Of a DNA stretch of 64,000 nt, positions 48,001 to 56,639 are shown piece after piece. Every line of letters begins with the position of its first letter. Position 1 is the stretch's first letter. The DNA is from Oopsacas minuta (lineage: Eukaryota; Animalia; Porifera), in the NCBI GenBank assembly GCA_024704765.1, contig JAKMXF010000222.1, positions 496,001-560,000 on the forward strand, written 5' to 3'. The position numbers and the translations under genes were made by a program. The notes under the pieces were generated by a model. It was not told the origin of the DNA. It saw nothing but the letters and a program-made list of their open reading frames with translations, and ran no database searches.

Positions 48001-50583
48001 GTAAAGACAACTCTTATTCTGAATTTATCACTTAGGCTACGATCATTTTCAATTCAGCGTTATCAAACTATTCGACAGATAGGATTGGTACTTATCTTAT
48101 AGGCAATCTGTGGTCTATAAACGGAATTCAAACTATTGATACAGCTATTTCTACCACCAGTCTAGTTGTAGATCATTTCACTAGTTTTGTAGTGTTCGCT
48201 ACTCATAGCATCTCTCCTTCATCTTCTTTACTTCAATACTACCTGGATATTTCTAGTTACATTCTATCTGCTATTTCAGTATTGTGTTTGATATGTTCCT
48301 TGTTTCTGTTCATCTTTGCAGGCAAGAAAGGGTTTTTCAAGATAGAAATAAATATCTTATATTTCAATCTTTGTGTCGCGTTGCTTTTTTCCACTATACT
48401 ATTTGTATTATACGGATTGAAGCCTGATGTGATAGGAATAAGCGATCTTCTATGCAAAATAATGGCAGCTATAATTCATTATTCGTGTATTTTAGTGTTC
48501 GCATGGGCCTTTGCTTTTGCCATTTACATATCTTACAAAATCAAGTTTGGTGAGTTTTAGAAGTTGTTCTTCATTTCTAATAAATTTTACTGAACACATA
48601 TTTCATTATATATTTTCTTCTATAGGAATTAGAAAGAATCGAAAGATCTATCCTTACATTATTATTTTCGCTTGGATTCTTCCTATTGTGTTCCCAGTTG
48701 TAACCTTGGCAATAAAGCTAGATGTGTATGTTGACGTCACAAACCACTGTTTCCCATCTCTCACTGATTATGTTCTTATCGGGTTGCTTGCTCCTGTATT
48801 ATTCATTGCTGCAATAACAATCGTGATGGTCGTCATATTATCAATTGCATTCGTGGTTGTTAGGAAAAAGATAGAAAATGAATTAATTCGAAATGAAATC
48901 AAGCATATACTGTTGTCAACTACTTTAATGACATGTATTCTGACTATCCCATGGTTTACACTGGTAATATTCATTTTCACTGAGAGCCCAGTGATTGAAT
49001 GGACATTTGTACTTCTCAATGATACAGTGGGGATATTCTTCTTCATATTTATTGCATTGAGAATTAAAGAAGTTAGATTACTATTACTTTGCAAATCTCT
49101 GCCAAATGCAAATGAAACTGTAAACCGAGACGGCACGAGGCCCGACACATTTAATAATCCAATTTATGATGGTAATATACAGAATTTACCTGACACTATG
49201 GATGAGATATATGCTGAAGTAGCAGAGAAGTCTGGTTATGGTAGGTTAAATTCACCCACGAATGTTCGAATACCTACAAATTCGAATATTATTATTAAGA
49301 TGCTATTGTATATTTCTAACCATAGTTTTATAAGTAGTAACTGAATACATGTCACAATAAATTGCCTCCACTTAATTCGGACGACAATTCTCTAGGAAAG
49401 GATTTATACCCGATCTCCAGGCTATAGACATGGGCTTTGAAGTTCGGGTTGAGGGACAGACGACCGCAGGCCACTAGTGTTTACTAAACAATAACTACGC
49501 GTATATTAGATCAGTATTATACCATAGACATATTTATGTACCTAAAAGTAAACAAATATTCACAATATGTTGTTTATAATATCATATTCGGGCTCAGCAT
49601 ACTCAATTACCCCAGTATAGTCGTTGAAAGTATGATTCTACCCAAATTTTGAAATTTGTTTACTTTATATTCATAAAAACAACAATAAATTTGCATATGA
49701 TTAATCCAAAAGTGTGAAAATCGGATTCAGCATCTTCGATATATTTAGTGAAGTTTATTGAATTCTATTTACTTCCTTGATAAACACGATAATACATAGT
49801 TATGCGGAAATTTCAAAATTGCATACCGTAAACCCTTTCCTTGACAACGGACAAACAAACAAACAAACAAACAAACAATCATTGAGATTTAATAATATAG
49901 ATAGATACGCTATGGATAATTCAATGTTATTTTATCTTTGGGTATTATTTGCTAAGTATTTGTATTACTTGTATTTTATAAGACTAAGCGATCCACACAG
50001 ATTTTCAATGCTCCAGCATCCTTGGGATTTTATGTTCGACGTCTATAGTACTCTGTAAAGTAAAATTATTTTGTTAATTAGGTTCATAATTAGGATAATC
50101 TGTGCGCAACCACTGTCTCCCCATGAAGCCGTGGATATAATTTAACAAATTTATCACAAGCATGTATATTATATAGAAGTGATGGAGAAGGGAGCATATG
50201 AGAAGGAAGGTGAAAAATCAAAGGAGGCAGCCAGACACTTCAACCCTTATCAGGTTGATCCCTCTGCAAGCCCTTACTCCAATCAGATGTATGAGTCCGA
50301 TCTACCTCCTATATACGACTGCATAGCTGGTTGCCAGACTGGCAACCAAGGAATAAGTAACCCAATGTATGACACTAACCTCACCACTATATCGAATACT
50401 ATACACGAGACATCTACTGGAGGAATCAATAATCCCTTCTATGAATCTACTGCAGTTGAAGGTCATATTGAATGTGATTATGAAGAACTCTCTTATCCTA
50501 ACCCATTTGTTAGTGGAGAAGTTCCCAGTCCTATTCACCCTACTGGTACAAAGCTGGACAAGGAGAATCCAAGCGATGTATAA
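819..50583 (+). CDS. Giant multi-exon adhesion-class GPCR, 5'-partial, about 4,400 aa in window: (vWA-vWA-Ig)x5 - FN3x5 - Ig - GAIN/GPS - 7TM - Tyr-rich tail
   Basis: Hand-built model, all introns GT-AG and all phases compatible. Exons: 819-1044,1153-1558,2057-2252,3810-4014,4707-5094,5742-6008,6177-6375,6703-6928,7170-7554,9091-9286,10838-11045,12218-12611,13338-13598,14035-14233,15287-15518,15601-15988,16815-17010,17467-17680,27609-28017,29174-29446,29645-29849,30433-30673,31160-31568,31728-31923,32372-32480,32941-33301,33809-34075,34717-34909,35406-35631,36400-36778,36954-37158,37464-37680,37750-38128,41488-41730,42273-42557,42839-43153,43326-43649,44036-44359,44421-44735,45184-45791,47047-47319,47535-47666,48036-48549,48626-49240,50177-50583. 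Sum is 13,210 nt = 1 + 4,403 codons including the stop. The first exon starts in phase 2, so upstream exons lie outside the window. That it is one transcript is inferred from continuous phase and absence of internal stops. Confidence 0.85.
2420..3398. mobile_element. Non-autonomous foldback/MITE-like element with about 120-bp imperfect terminal inverted repeats and an internal palindrome
   Basis: 2420-2540 (taagcgcaccaaattt...gccactttgggcacattt) is the inverse of about 3260-3398 (aaatgtgtccaaagcggcac...aaatttggtgcttttt); about 2545-2850 is itself an imperfect inverted repeat. Ends are approximate. Confidence 0.6.
8304..8727 (-). mobile_element. Repeat family R1 (microsatellite-bearing, Helitron-like non-autonomous element), copy a
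   Basis: Shares a roughly 270-bp core (gtttactttatattcataaaaacaac...aaagtgtgaaaatcgg...ttccttgacaacggacaaac(aaac)n...tttaataatat(a/g)gat) with copies at 28340, 30746 (inverted) and 49568. Helitron assignment is inferred from A|TC start and terminal hairpin. Confidence 0.65.
9343..9896. mobile_element. Repeat family R2, TA-flanked CAG...CTG (pogo/Tigger-like) MITE, copy 1
   Basis: TA|CAGGGTAGTCCTCGCC ... GCGAGGCTGCCTG|TA; interior nearly identical to the inverted copy at 18070-18588. Confidence 0.7.
12720..13077. repeat. 13-bp minisatellite GCTAGTTAG(A/G)TAT, about 27.5 copies
   Basis: Counted directly: first unit 12 bp, 26 further full units and a partial; only one position varies. Confidence 0.97.
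16196..16315. mobile_element. Short pogo/Tigger-like MITE
   Basis: Perfect 13-bp TIR CAGTGCAACCTCG / CGAGGTTGCACTG, with TA on both sides. Confidence 0.75.
18070..18588. mobile_element. Repeat family R2 MITE, copy 2 (inverted relative to copy 1)
   Basis: Reverse complement of 9343-9896; explains the duplicated MYSLSYKYYLCEHKW... ORFs at 9541 (+) and 18403 (-). Confidence 0.7.
18682..18980. mobile_element. hAT-type MITE
   Basis: TIR CATAGGCGCCGAA / TTCGGCGCCCATG; 8-bp target duplication GTAAAGTG / GTAAAGTA (7/8). Confidence 0.75.
19658..20488 (+). CDS. Intronless orphan ORF (276 aa from the first ATG) nested in the GPCR intron on the same strand; MGAILS N-terminus
   Basis: 831-nt open frame in AT-rich DNA where random ORFs are short; globular composition; ATG at 19658 (the track starts at TTG 19649). 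No family recognised. Confidence 0.6.
   Translation: MGAILSFFRGMYTRNTLEPMTQMDIDRSLLEPISKGNIIHVGNENGEISEQLPETEQTVKDEDQKLITMYVHNALEKFLPSYDIDPFKDEEGRELYCSPFIAVMEVVKNNCIKLYPDLTGKFLTYSIQPPNYVLHVCINKANSQIVKFAYESTNRTNAGYDLSITAPFHTNNSAEGQPVLCDATYISSVLTGQDPISSILNALSKIHSDGSINNGFDGKDFDWYMDGNNLLNFAVSNSPQMNLFWEDDNLIENLQGSNVKLTGNSAKRVQLALKEV
20672..20849. mobile_element. pogo/Tigger-like MITE
   Basis: TIR CAGTAGAACGTTAGTTATCC vs reverse-complemented right end CAGTAGAACGTCAGTTATCC (19/20); TA on the left. Confidence 0.7.
22300..22834 (+). mobile_element. DINE-1/Helentron-like non-autonomous element
   Basis: (GGAC)n microsatellite near the end, terminal hairpin TTAGAGCA-tcttcagc-TGCTCTAA followed by an A run, three internal copies of G(G/A)TGTGAAAATATGATT(A/T)ATCA. 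Left boundary approximate. Confidence 0.5.
22974..24062 (-). CDS. Intronless multi-pass (about 7 TM) membrane protein nested antisense in the GPCR intron
   Basis: 362-aa ATG-initiated ORF with about seven hydrophobic spans, a basic first loop (RRRYK) and very short N-terminus; no rhodopsin DRY/NPxxY or secretin motifs recognised. Confidence 0.8.
   Translation of the reverse strand: MEGARALEASLIDDLILTVVPLPFCLLTLVLLIYYIRRRYKLYQEVKRVPREFLLLQSYQNYLKNLRIKCVITNFIILILIIEFADNMLFALTLLWVWILSFDLRAVETFGFLFNVGHYMFGIVTTLRLSLVPVLSFMMDFLWFVYMKNQYRYTMMKWIVYIVLRDLYILIASYLIDNGSPRMTLSDAEGYRLQFVCLTELSFAFISIFDFIQLVYYSRKFYLLLKSREKEIKLFYFDKKAYLDSKFIRLHFSIATVLVITALFFLTFGFAANLLMSMAMDSSNILVEWEYYISLGYLSIFGYILRPSLILYKLLINLNYLFICGVIVLKYFGDKKKLSKINEHIKPVMEDYRNSLYNNVKY
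24564..27051 (+). mobile_element. Full-length hAT DNA transposon (2,488 bp)
   Basis: Perfect 15-bp TIR TAGGGTTTTTAATCC / GGATTAAAAACCCTA; perfect 8-bp TSD ATCATGTT (24556-24563 and 27052-27059); clustered subterminal (A/T)TCCCGGGA motifs at both ends. Confidence 0.96.
24940..26833 (+). pseudogene. hAT transposase with BED zinc finger, broken by two frameshifts
   Basis: IWNHF...CNSC...STKGLHNHL...H (BED), LTLDEWTS, ITTDG (in the shifted frame just before 25629), CYAH, TRWSS, PATSVEAERAFS (hATC). Frameshifts near 25570 and 26265. Confidence 0.93.
28340..28730 (-). mobile_element. Repeat family R1, copy b
   Basis: Same core as copy a; (GACA)n; ACGAGCC-TTT-GGCTCGT hairpin at the left end. Confidence 0.65.
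29645..34075 (+). other. Ectodomain unit 4: vWA-7 + degenerate vWA-8 + Ig-like 4
   Basis: Same exon series, but the middle exon of vWA-8 is only 109 nt (32372-32480, YTAYSYSDGYDAIEFIVNNHPFETDYIKSIIVITEF). Ig has FTC...YEFLCIASN. Confidence 0.72.
30746..31010 (+). mobile_element. Repeat family R1, copy c (opposite orientation)
   Basis: Begins atctatattattaaatctcaatgattgtttg(tttg)n...; reverse complement of the core in copies a, b, d. Right end approximate. Confidence 0.65.
34717..41730 (+). other. Ectodomain unit 5: vWA-9 + vWA-10 + Ig-like 5
   Basis: Same exon series; YVALAWQSGG motif; Ig exon 41488-41730 has IECST...YSYICIAYN. Confidence 0.8.
38935..39073. mobile_element. Short CAGGGCCG-type MITE; related fragments at about 290-395, 22185-22225 and 30121-30215 (inverted)
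   Basis: TIR CAGGGCCGTAAGAAGCA vs CAGGGCCGTAGGAGCA; flanked by direct repeat CATTA; shared GCGAGCGCCGCAC and AAAAAATTATTGGT motifs among copies. Confidence 0.6.
42273..44735 (+). other. Five tandem fibronectin type III domains, one per phase-1 exon
   Basis: Each exon has AP..PP.N.T...S.....W/Y..P....G....Y......L.P.T.Y...V.A.N..G.S hallmarks; lengths 285, 315, 324, 324, 315 nt, all multiples of 3. Confidence 0.9.
45184..48200 (+). other. Membrane-proximal Ig domain followed by GAIN-like domain ending in a GPS-like motif
   Basis: FICEATGYPPPTILWY...YVCQAEN (I-set Ig), then an acidic helical segment, then beta-rich exons ...SKIVTIVI...LVEN|ATIIF...WSINGIQ...VVDHFTSFVVF immediately before TM1. 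Confidence 0.75.
48036..49240 (+). other. Secretin/adhesion-family seven-transmembrane region (2 exons, 76-nt intron 48550-48625)
   Basis: Seven hydrophobic spans with class-B2 signatures: NLCVALL (TM2), CKIMAAIIHY..L.FAW (TM3), AWILP (TM4), ECL2 Cys, ILTIPW (TM6), F.LLND..GIFFF...KEVR (TM7/helix 8). Confidence 0.9.
49568..49902 (-). mobile_element. Repeat family R1, copy d
   Basis: Same core and (AAAC)n; shares the ccagtatagtcgttgaaagtatgattctacc segment with copy a. Confidence 0.65.
50177..50583 (+). other. Last exon: cytoplasmic tail with NPxY/YxxPhi motifs and C-terminal PSDV
   Basis: Phase-1 join GGT TAT G|gtaggt...atatag|AA GTG ATG gives ...SGYEVMEK...; reads to TAA at 50583. Confidence 0.75.
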
Positions 50584-51645
50584 TAACAGAATATTGTAAA
50601 TGCTATTTGTTTTTAAACTGAGTTGAATCTTTGAATATTTCGTAATTAGTGAATAATGTCTTAGAACCGCGAAGGTGTACATATTAGTGGTATATATGTA
50701 CTGTATATACCTGATAGATGATATTTCATACAGCTTATATACATATTGGGAGCATAGGAGTAGCTAGGGGGTTGCTAAGAGTTGCCGTCAACCCCAGGGC
50801 TACGGGTAGTAACCCCAGTGGCAACCCAAAAATGGAATGCTAGCTACGCCTGATTGGGAGTCAGCGTTCGCTCTAAAATCGGCATAGAGGGTATGGGCAA
50901 AGCAGCAGGCCAGGCCATAGGCTGTAAGAATACCAACGGCCGACGATTGTATCCAACCACTGGTCAGAAAGCCAGTGTCATATAATATTTTAACCTCTAT
51001 ATAGTAGTTTTTCTCGCCCTGGAGATTGTAGTGATTGTTCCATTTTCTACATAATAATGCCTTGAGAGGTATTGGTAACATGGGGAGGCCAGCATGACGC
51101 TAATTCATTAAGGATCTGGCTCACCAAGTGCAAAATACACTTAAAAACCCTGGAACACCAATTAGTGGGATTACTAAATAGTAATTTTCCCGGAGGTAAA
51201 GATTAATAGAGAGAAAATACTAATGACACAGGCCGAAGCCTTAGAGGTATCTCTGCTGGAATTTGGGACTATTGTTAACATTTGTAACAGGAAAGAGTTT
51301 CACCACGAAAAATATACACAACTCTCAAGTTATTGCGGGGCGCGGTACAAACGATCAGGCTATGGTCTGACCGTTATTTCGCAATTTCCGCCATCCTTGT
51401 ATTGTCTCGGTGATCTGATAATATAATTTATTTTTCTAATAAAATTTAGATCCCGCCTCCGTTCGCCGCAATATTTCTGAACTTATTCAGACTAAGGGTG
51501 AGCCCCAGTGAGGCATTGCATCATAAACATCATTCTCTTTTATTGTCTAAGGAAAGTTCAATATTTCATAATAGAAGACACTCAACTGGCTAAACATTAT
51601 TCTAGAATCTATATTACAACTGCAAACAAAATTAGTGATAGAAAG

Positions 51646-54315
51646 TTATTTCTTCACGTTTAAGTACTTCTTGTATCTTTTAGCTAGCTCAACACATAAA
51701 TCATAATGTTCAATGTGCATTACTTTGTTATTTAGAAAGCGCAATATTTCTATTGCCATTTTATGTGAGTCGACATCAAGAAAGACAATGGGGCCTCCTG
51801 ATCGCGTGTCAGGAAAAACATCTGTAACATGGTCGATATAATCTTTAAGGATGTCTGTCATTGTTTTGTTGATATCAGAACGTGATTTGTTTAAGAAATA
51901 TTCACACTTTATGTAGAGGCTAGGGGTACATGGCTGGAATTGCCAAGAGCGGGAATACTCGCCTTTGAATGTGTCATTTGACTTTCTGTTGGGCCGTCTC
52001 TGTTCACGGTTGTTCCACTCTTTTTTCGGAGATGATGTTTTCCAGTCTTGTTTTGGTAGATACTCGGCTCCTGTTTGCTGTGTTGGATTCTGAGAGTTTT
52101 CCTTAGCTCTGAATTCGTTAAACTCGTGTGTCTCACTGAATTCCTCATTTGGTGATTTGATTAGAGGGGGTGTCCATTCTGAGTCTGTAGAAGAGGAATG
52201 GTAGTAGGATGTATTTTCTAGGAAACTGGGGCTCTTGATTGAATTTGTCCATGACTTGTTTCTCAACTCTATTTTAGGTACGTGTAGGTCTGATAGCAAG
52301 ACTTCTTCATTAATGTAAAGATTCAGGTCCGTATTATCTGGGTTAACCTTGTAGATGTTTACATAATGGACAGGTCCCTCAATTCGCTTCACAACACAAG
52401 AGAAGTATTTAACATCATCATCTTCAAGAAGCTCAGAGAATTTTTCTCTACGTGTTTGGGTGAGGATGACATCAGTTGTGAAATTCATTGAGCAGAGAAT
52501 AGCCTGGAAAGGCATTTGACAGAACTGAGGAGGCAGGTGTAGCAAGTGCTCAAATAGCGTTACTTGAGAATTTCCGTAATCAAGAAAACGTACACGGGCG
52601 TTTTGCCCATCTTCCAGTTCTTCAATTAAGGCTCTATACCACCTCTTGTCTAAGTAAAATTGAGCAACACATAATGTTCCTACTTTAAAACACTTGTTAG
52701 TCTGCCAGCTGTAACTCTCTGCATATGATTGTAACTGTTCGAAGAGATGATCGAATGTATCATTAAGAATATCCTGTAGAAGATTGTTTTTGAAACTCAT
52801 TGCCTAATAGAGTGTTTGGCATTTACAAGAATGGTGTATCCAACTTAAGGGATATTGACTACGAGTTCGTTGTGGACAGTCATATTTTTGAATGAGTTAA
52901 TGAGTTAGTAGACAAAATATGATTTGTTATTGCCAACTCAAAATGCAAAATAGCCTATTCAGTGTCCGGCTGTCCGATTTTTAAATTTCGATTTATAATC
53001 ATCTACACTACTTTAAAATGTATGTATATTAGCAGTCCTGGATTTAGGTATGTGGGGGCCTGTTCGAGGACAATTCTCGGGGCCTCTTGAAGCCAATTCA
53101 AAGCCGTCACGGTTTGCCCACCCGTCCCCATTCCTCAATTTAGAATGCTTGTGTTTATTGTATTCAAATTTTGCATATGTAAAATTCAACCCTATAAGTA
53201 GTACCGCCCTAGCCGAAGGCCTATTTCGCCCAGTGGCAGTATGGTAGGACTTGTCATGACCTCTAATTATTTAGTTACATAAAATATATCATGAACATAC
53301 AATAACTATAATTACTCTATAAGATCTCTCTGCGTGCTCGTAGTAGGAGGTATATGCAATATACAATAGTATTGATATAATTCGCATACTTAGTACAAAT
53401 TCGCTTGACTATGGAAAAATAATTTTCGACACAATATACAAAATGTACATGACGTCATTAACCACATAAATTTGAAACGCGAATTACTCAATTACGATAG
53501 CAGCTAGAGTAATAGTTACAATTGATGAAATGTAGTATATGTCAGGACGGGCATATTGGCCACCATAATGGATGTTGACATAGAATTTTACAATTAGCTG
53601 CGAGCGTAGCGAGTAATAAATCGAAAATTTTACCTGTGAATCCTGCAAAAGAGCCCAAAATCTTCCATTCTCGTTGAGTGAGGTAGCTAACTTAACGAAT
53701 ATTGTTGAGTCAAGGTCTATTTTCCAGAAGGAATTGTCCATTATTTTCAGTTCACACCAAGCTCTATCACTCAACATCAGCTCTTCAATGGCCAGGTCAT
53801 ATGCGATATCTCCAGGACCTGTAATCTACACAATTGAAAAAACTGTAAAATCTAATAATCACTTTTGGGTATTCTCACTACTGTTCATGCCTGGATACTT
53901 ACAGAATTAATTATAAACCTACGAGTTGAATGGATCCAGTCTGCCTCAGTACTCTCTCCAGGAACTCATCCCATTCGAGTTCCACTCGCTTCATACTATC
54001 TTTATTTGCCACAATTTTAGCTTCAATTTCTCTTATCCGTGCATCGAGTGTGGCAACGCTCTGTTCAAGGAAGTCTTTATTTTCATTGTCAGTAAGAGTG
54101 GAAATAGTTTGTTCTTTTGTAATTTTTAGCTGTTCAATCTGTTTGATGTAACCCTCTCCTCTGTAGTTCGCTTCAATTAGGTGCAACTCTGATATAAGTT
54201 CCCTTTCTCTATCATCTAACACTTGATGAGCTCTGGCTACATTCTTACTCAGCTCAGCTCTCACAGCCTCAATTCGTGAAAGGAAGTCGTCTCCTACAAT
54301 ATTCACACTATTCAT
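51646..54315 (-). CDS. Three-exon coiled-coil + extended Tudor + RRM-like protein (about 579 aa; an extra 5' exon is possible)
   Basis: Exons (minus) 54315-53919, 53818-53634, 52803-51646; GT-AG introns, phases 1 and 0; sum 1,740 nt. Tudor: IFVKL...RFWA...CVAQFYLDKRWYRALI...VRFLDYGN...LPPQF..MPFQAI.C. C-terminal IVFLDVDS..MAIEIL..LNN....LCVELAK resembles an RRM. An AG directly upstream of the chosen ATG makes the start uncertain. Confidence 0.8.
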
Positions 54316-56639
54316 TGCATTGCCTAAATATAGTTTGTTAAGACAGGATTGAATTCCTATCACTTGTAACTATGGTTTCATAACATTAGCTATGTAATTT
54401 GATGCACTTTGGGATATGTAGATTTAAGAGAACATTGCTAATACCAAGGTGAATAGTTCAATATTCTGTTGGTCAAACCGATTATCAGTATTCGGGCGAT
54501 TTAATCGGATAGTATTAATTAGTATTCGGTTCGAGAGCGGTTTCAACCAGTGGCGTCGTGTGGCTTTGAAATCTGGGGGGGGGGCACAAATTCAATCTAG
54601 TGTGCATCAAGTCTGTGTGAGGGTCTATGGGCGCTGTAAACAATCAATAAGGTCCAGGAGCGTTGTTGTTGTGATACTTGTTGGCGGTGACGCTGGCGTT
54701 GTTGCCGGCTCCCATTTTCGCTCTAAATGAAATAAAGGGTGAACGGTTAATTTATATAGAGTGTAATTACAATGTGTACTTACCAATATAATGTTTTCAT
54801 AAGTTTTAAGCATTTCGTGTAGAAATGCATGCCCACCACTTCTGCTACCACCTCTTCCCCTTCTCCCAGAGCGATTATTATTGTTCAGATTATCAATTTG
54901 TAAATAGTTACGAAGTTTAGTATTTATATCGGTTGACGATCAAAGTATTGATATAGCGGGAAAACATGGATGTCAGTAATCATTCAGTTTGGTATAAATA
55001 TTTGTTAAGTTAAAAAAATATTGAAATAGCGGGATAATGTAGACTTATCAACTTGATCTAAAATGGAGCGCAATTATTTAGTTCCATGCAGACATTGGAT
55101 ATATCGCTGAAAGTTAATTAACTCATTAATTAAATAATTCAGTAAATATTCAATTTGGTTTAATGTTGTTTTGATTGTTTGCGGCCTAATTAACTTAAAA
55201 CCCCCTACAAAAATGCCCCAATGTTGGTTGATCTATATCAGATTTTGCATCTCTACTCCCTTTAGGTAGTCAAGTTGAGGGGAAGATATATTTTATAATG
55301 ACTCCAAATATAGATACTATAATAGTACGCTCTAAATATAAACCCATACACATGTTTTAGTTGTTTTAAGATATTGTTGTAGATGTAACGTAACTGTACT
55401 AACTATTGTTCAAAATTGTCTATCCGTTCTATTTGATATTTGTTCTAATTATTATTATATAGCTGTTGGCTATTTTTTTGGCATTGCCTTACTATCGAAA
55501 TCCATTGTTATCTGCCATTACGCCACAATTACGTTTCCAAAATAGGCATCTGTGTCTCGTTAACTTAATACTTTTTGCTAATACGGCCCTTCCGCGCTGA
55601 TCTGTGTTCATCCTGGAATGTGATTCGTTTTTCATGAAATTCTTCTGTCTTAGAGAAAATACTATGTCATTGGGGTCTATAATGAGAGAATTGTGTTGTC
55701 TTGCTATCAACTATTTTCCATAAATATTACTCAACACAACTATTGAATCTAATTACCTGAAATTCACTTTCTTGTAACATTGAATTCTTCTATCTTAGAG
55801 AAAATACTGTGTCATTGGAGGATGAAGGTGTGTTGAATAGATTAAGTCAGCATATGTGAGATTGAATTTGAATTGACATGAGTCTGTTCCCCAACGAAAC
55901 AGGAGGTTGTGATATGTGAAGTGGTGTTTGTGTAATTTCGTATTTGTAATCGTATCACACAATTTGTTAAGCACTATACAGTTTCGATCTAACTTACTAT
56001 TATGGTTTAGTATGAAGAGAAACTTAGAGCAGCTCTCGGGCGTGACAGAATGAAAACATTCACCGCCGAAATTGGGGAGACCGCAAGGTTCTTATTCAGA
56101 ACTCAGTGGCGTATCAAGGGGGGATTTGGGTGTTCAAACACCCCCTCATAACTGGTTTCCAAAAGGGATATGTTATTATTTATAATTTGATTTTCTTCAT
56201 AAGCGCAGAGCTTTTGAAATCTTATTTACAGAATGCTATCCAATTTTCATAATTATTTTTCAACGAGCTTTCCAGGCGATATCCCAGTAGAGGAAGAGGG
56301 TAAGATTCTAAAATTGACGTGCCGTTGTATATTCACTATTCACATATGTAACGAATCGGCCGATAGTAGGCCTAGCCGAAGCAGTAAGCCAAACTCATGA
56401 CAATAAAATAGCGAAATTACCATCCTTGACAGCTGTCCAATGTTTTCAAGCATCTGTCGGTCAGCGTAAGACATGATTCTACCGTAGACGCCTTATCCGG
56501 AGAACATGTATTTGTATTTACAGTTCCATTATGAACTCTAATATTCCAATTCCAAATTACCAAATTAGGAAATACAACTAAATTTTACTTTTGATAATAT
56601 ATAATCAATGGGCCGCGGCAAAAATTAATCCTTCCGACG

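Noticed and set aside
1231-50583. Treating the many + strand ORF-track entries as separate small proteins
   Set aside because: Most start at TTG/GTG or in introns and end in intron read-through; their conserved cores are bounded by AG/GT sites and join in frame.
45521-50682. Minus-strand ORFs at 45521, 48257, 48768, 50302 and + strand ORFs over the Tudor gene (53926, 53930)
   Set aside because: Antisense shadows of real coding exons with no independent motifs.
54449-54813. GC-richer ORFs upstream of the Tudor gene as a coding first exon
   Set aside because: The ATG frame (MGAGNNASV...) stops after 23 codons, no compatible donor was found, and the region overlaps a CAGTGGCG-type repeat; could be 5' UTR.
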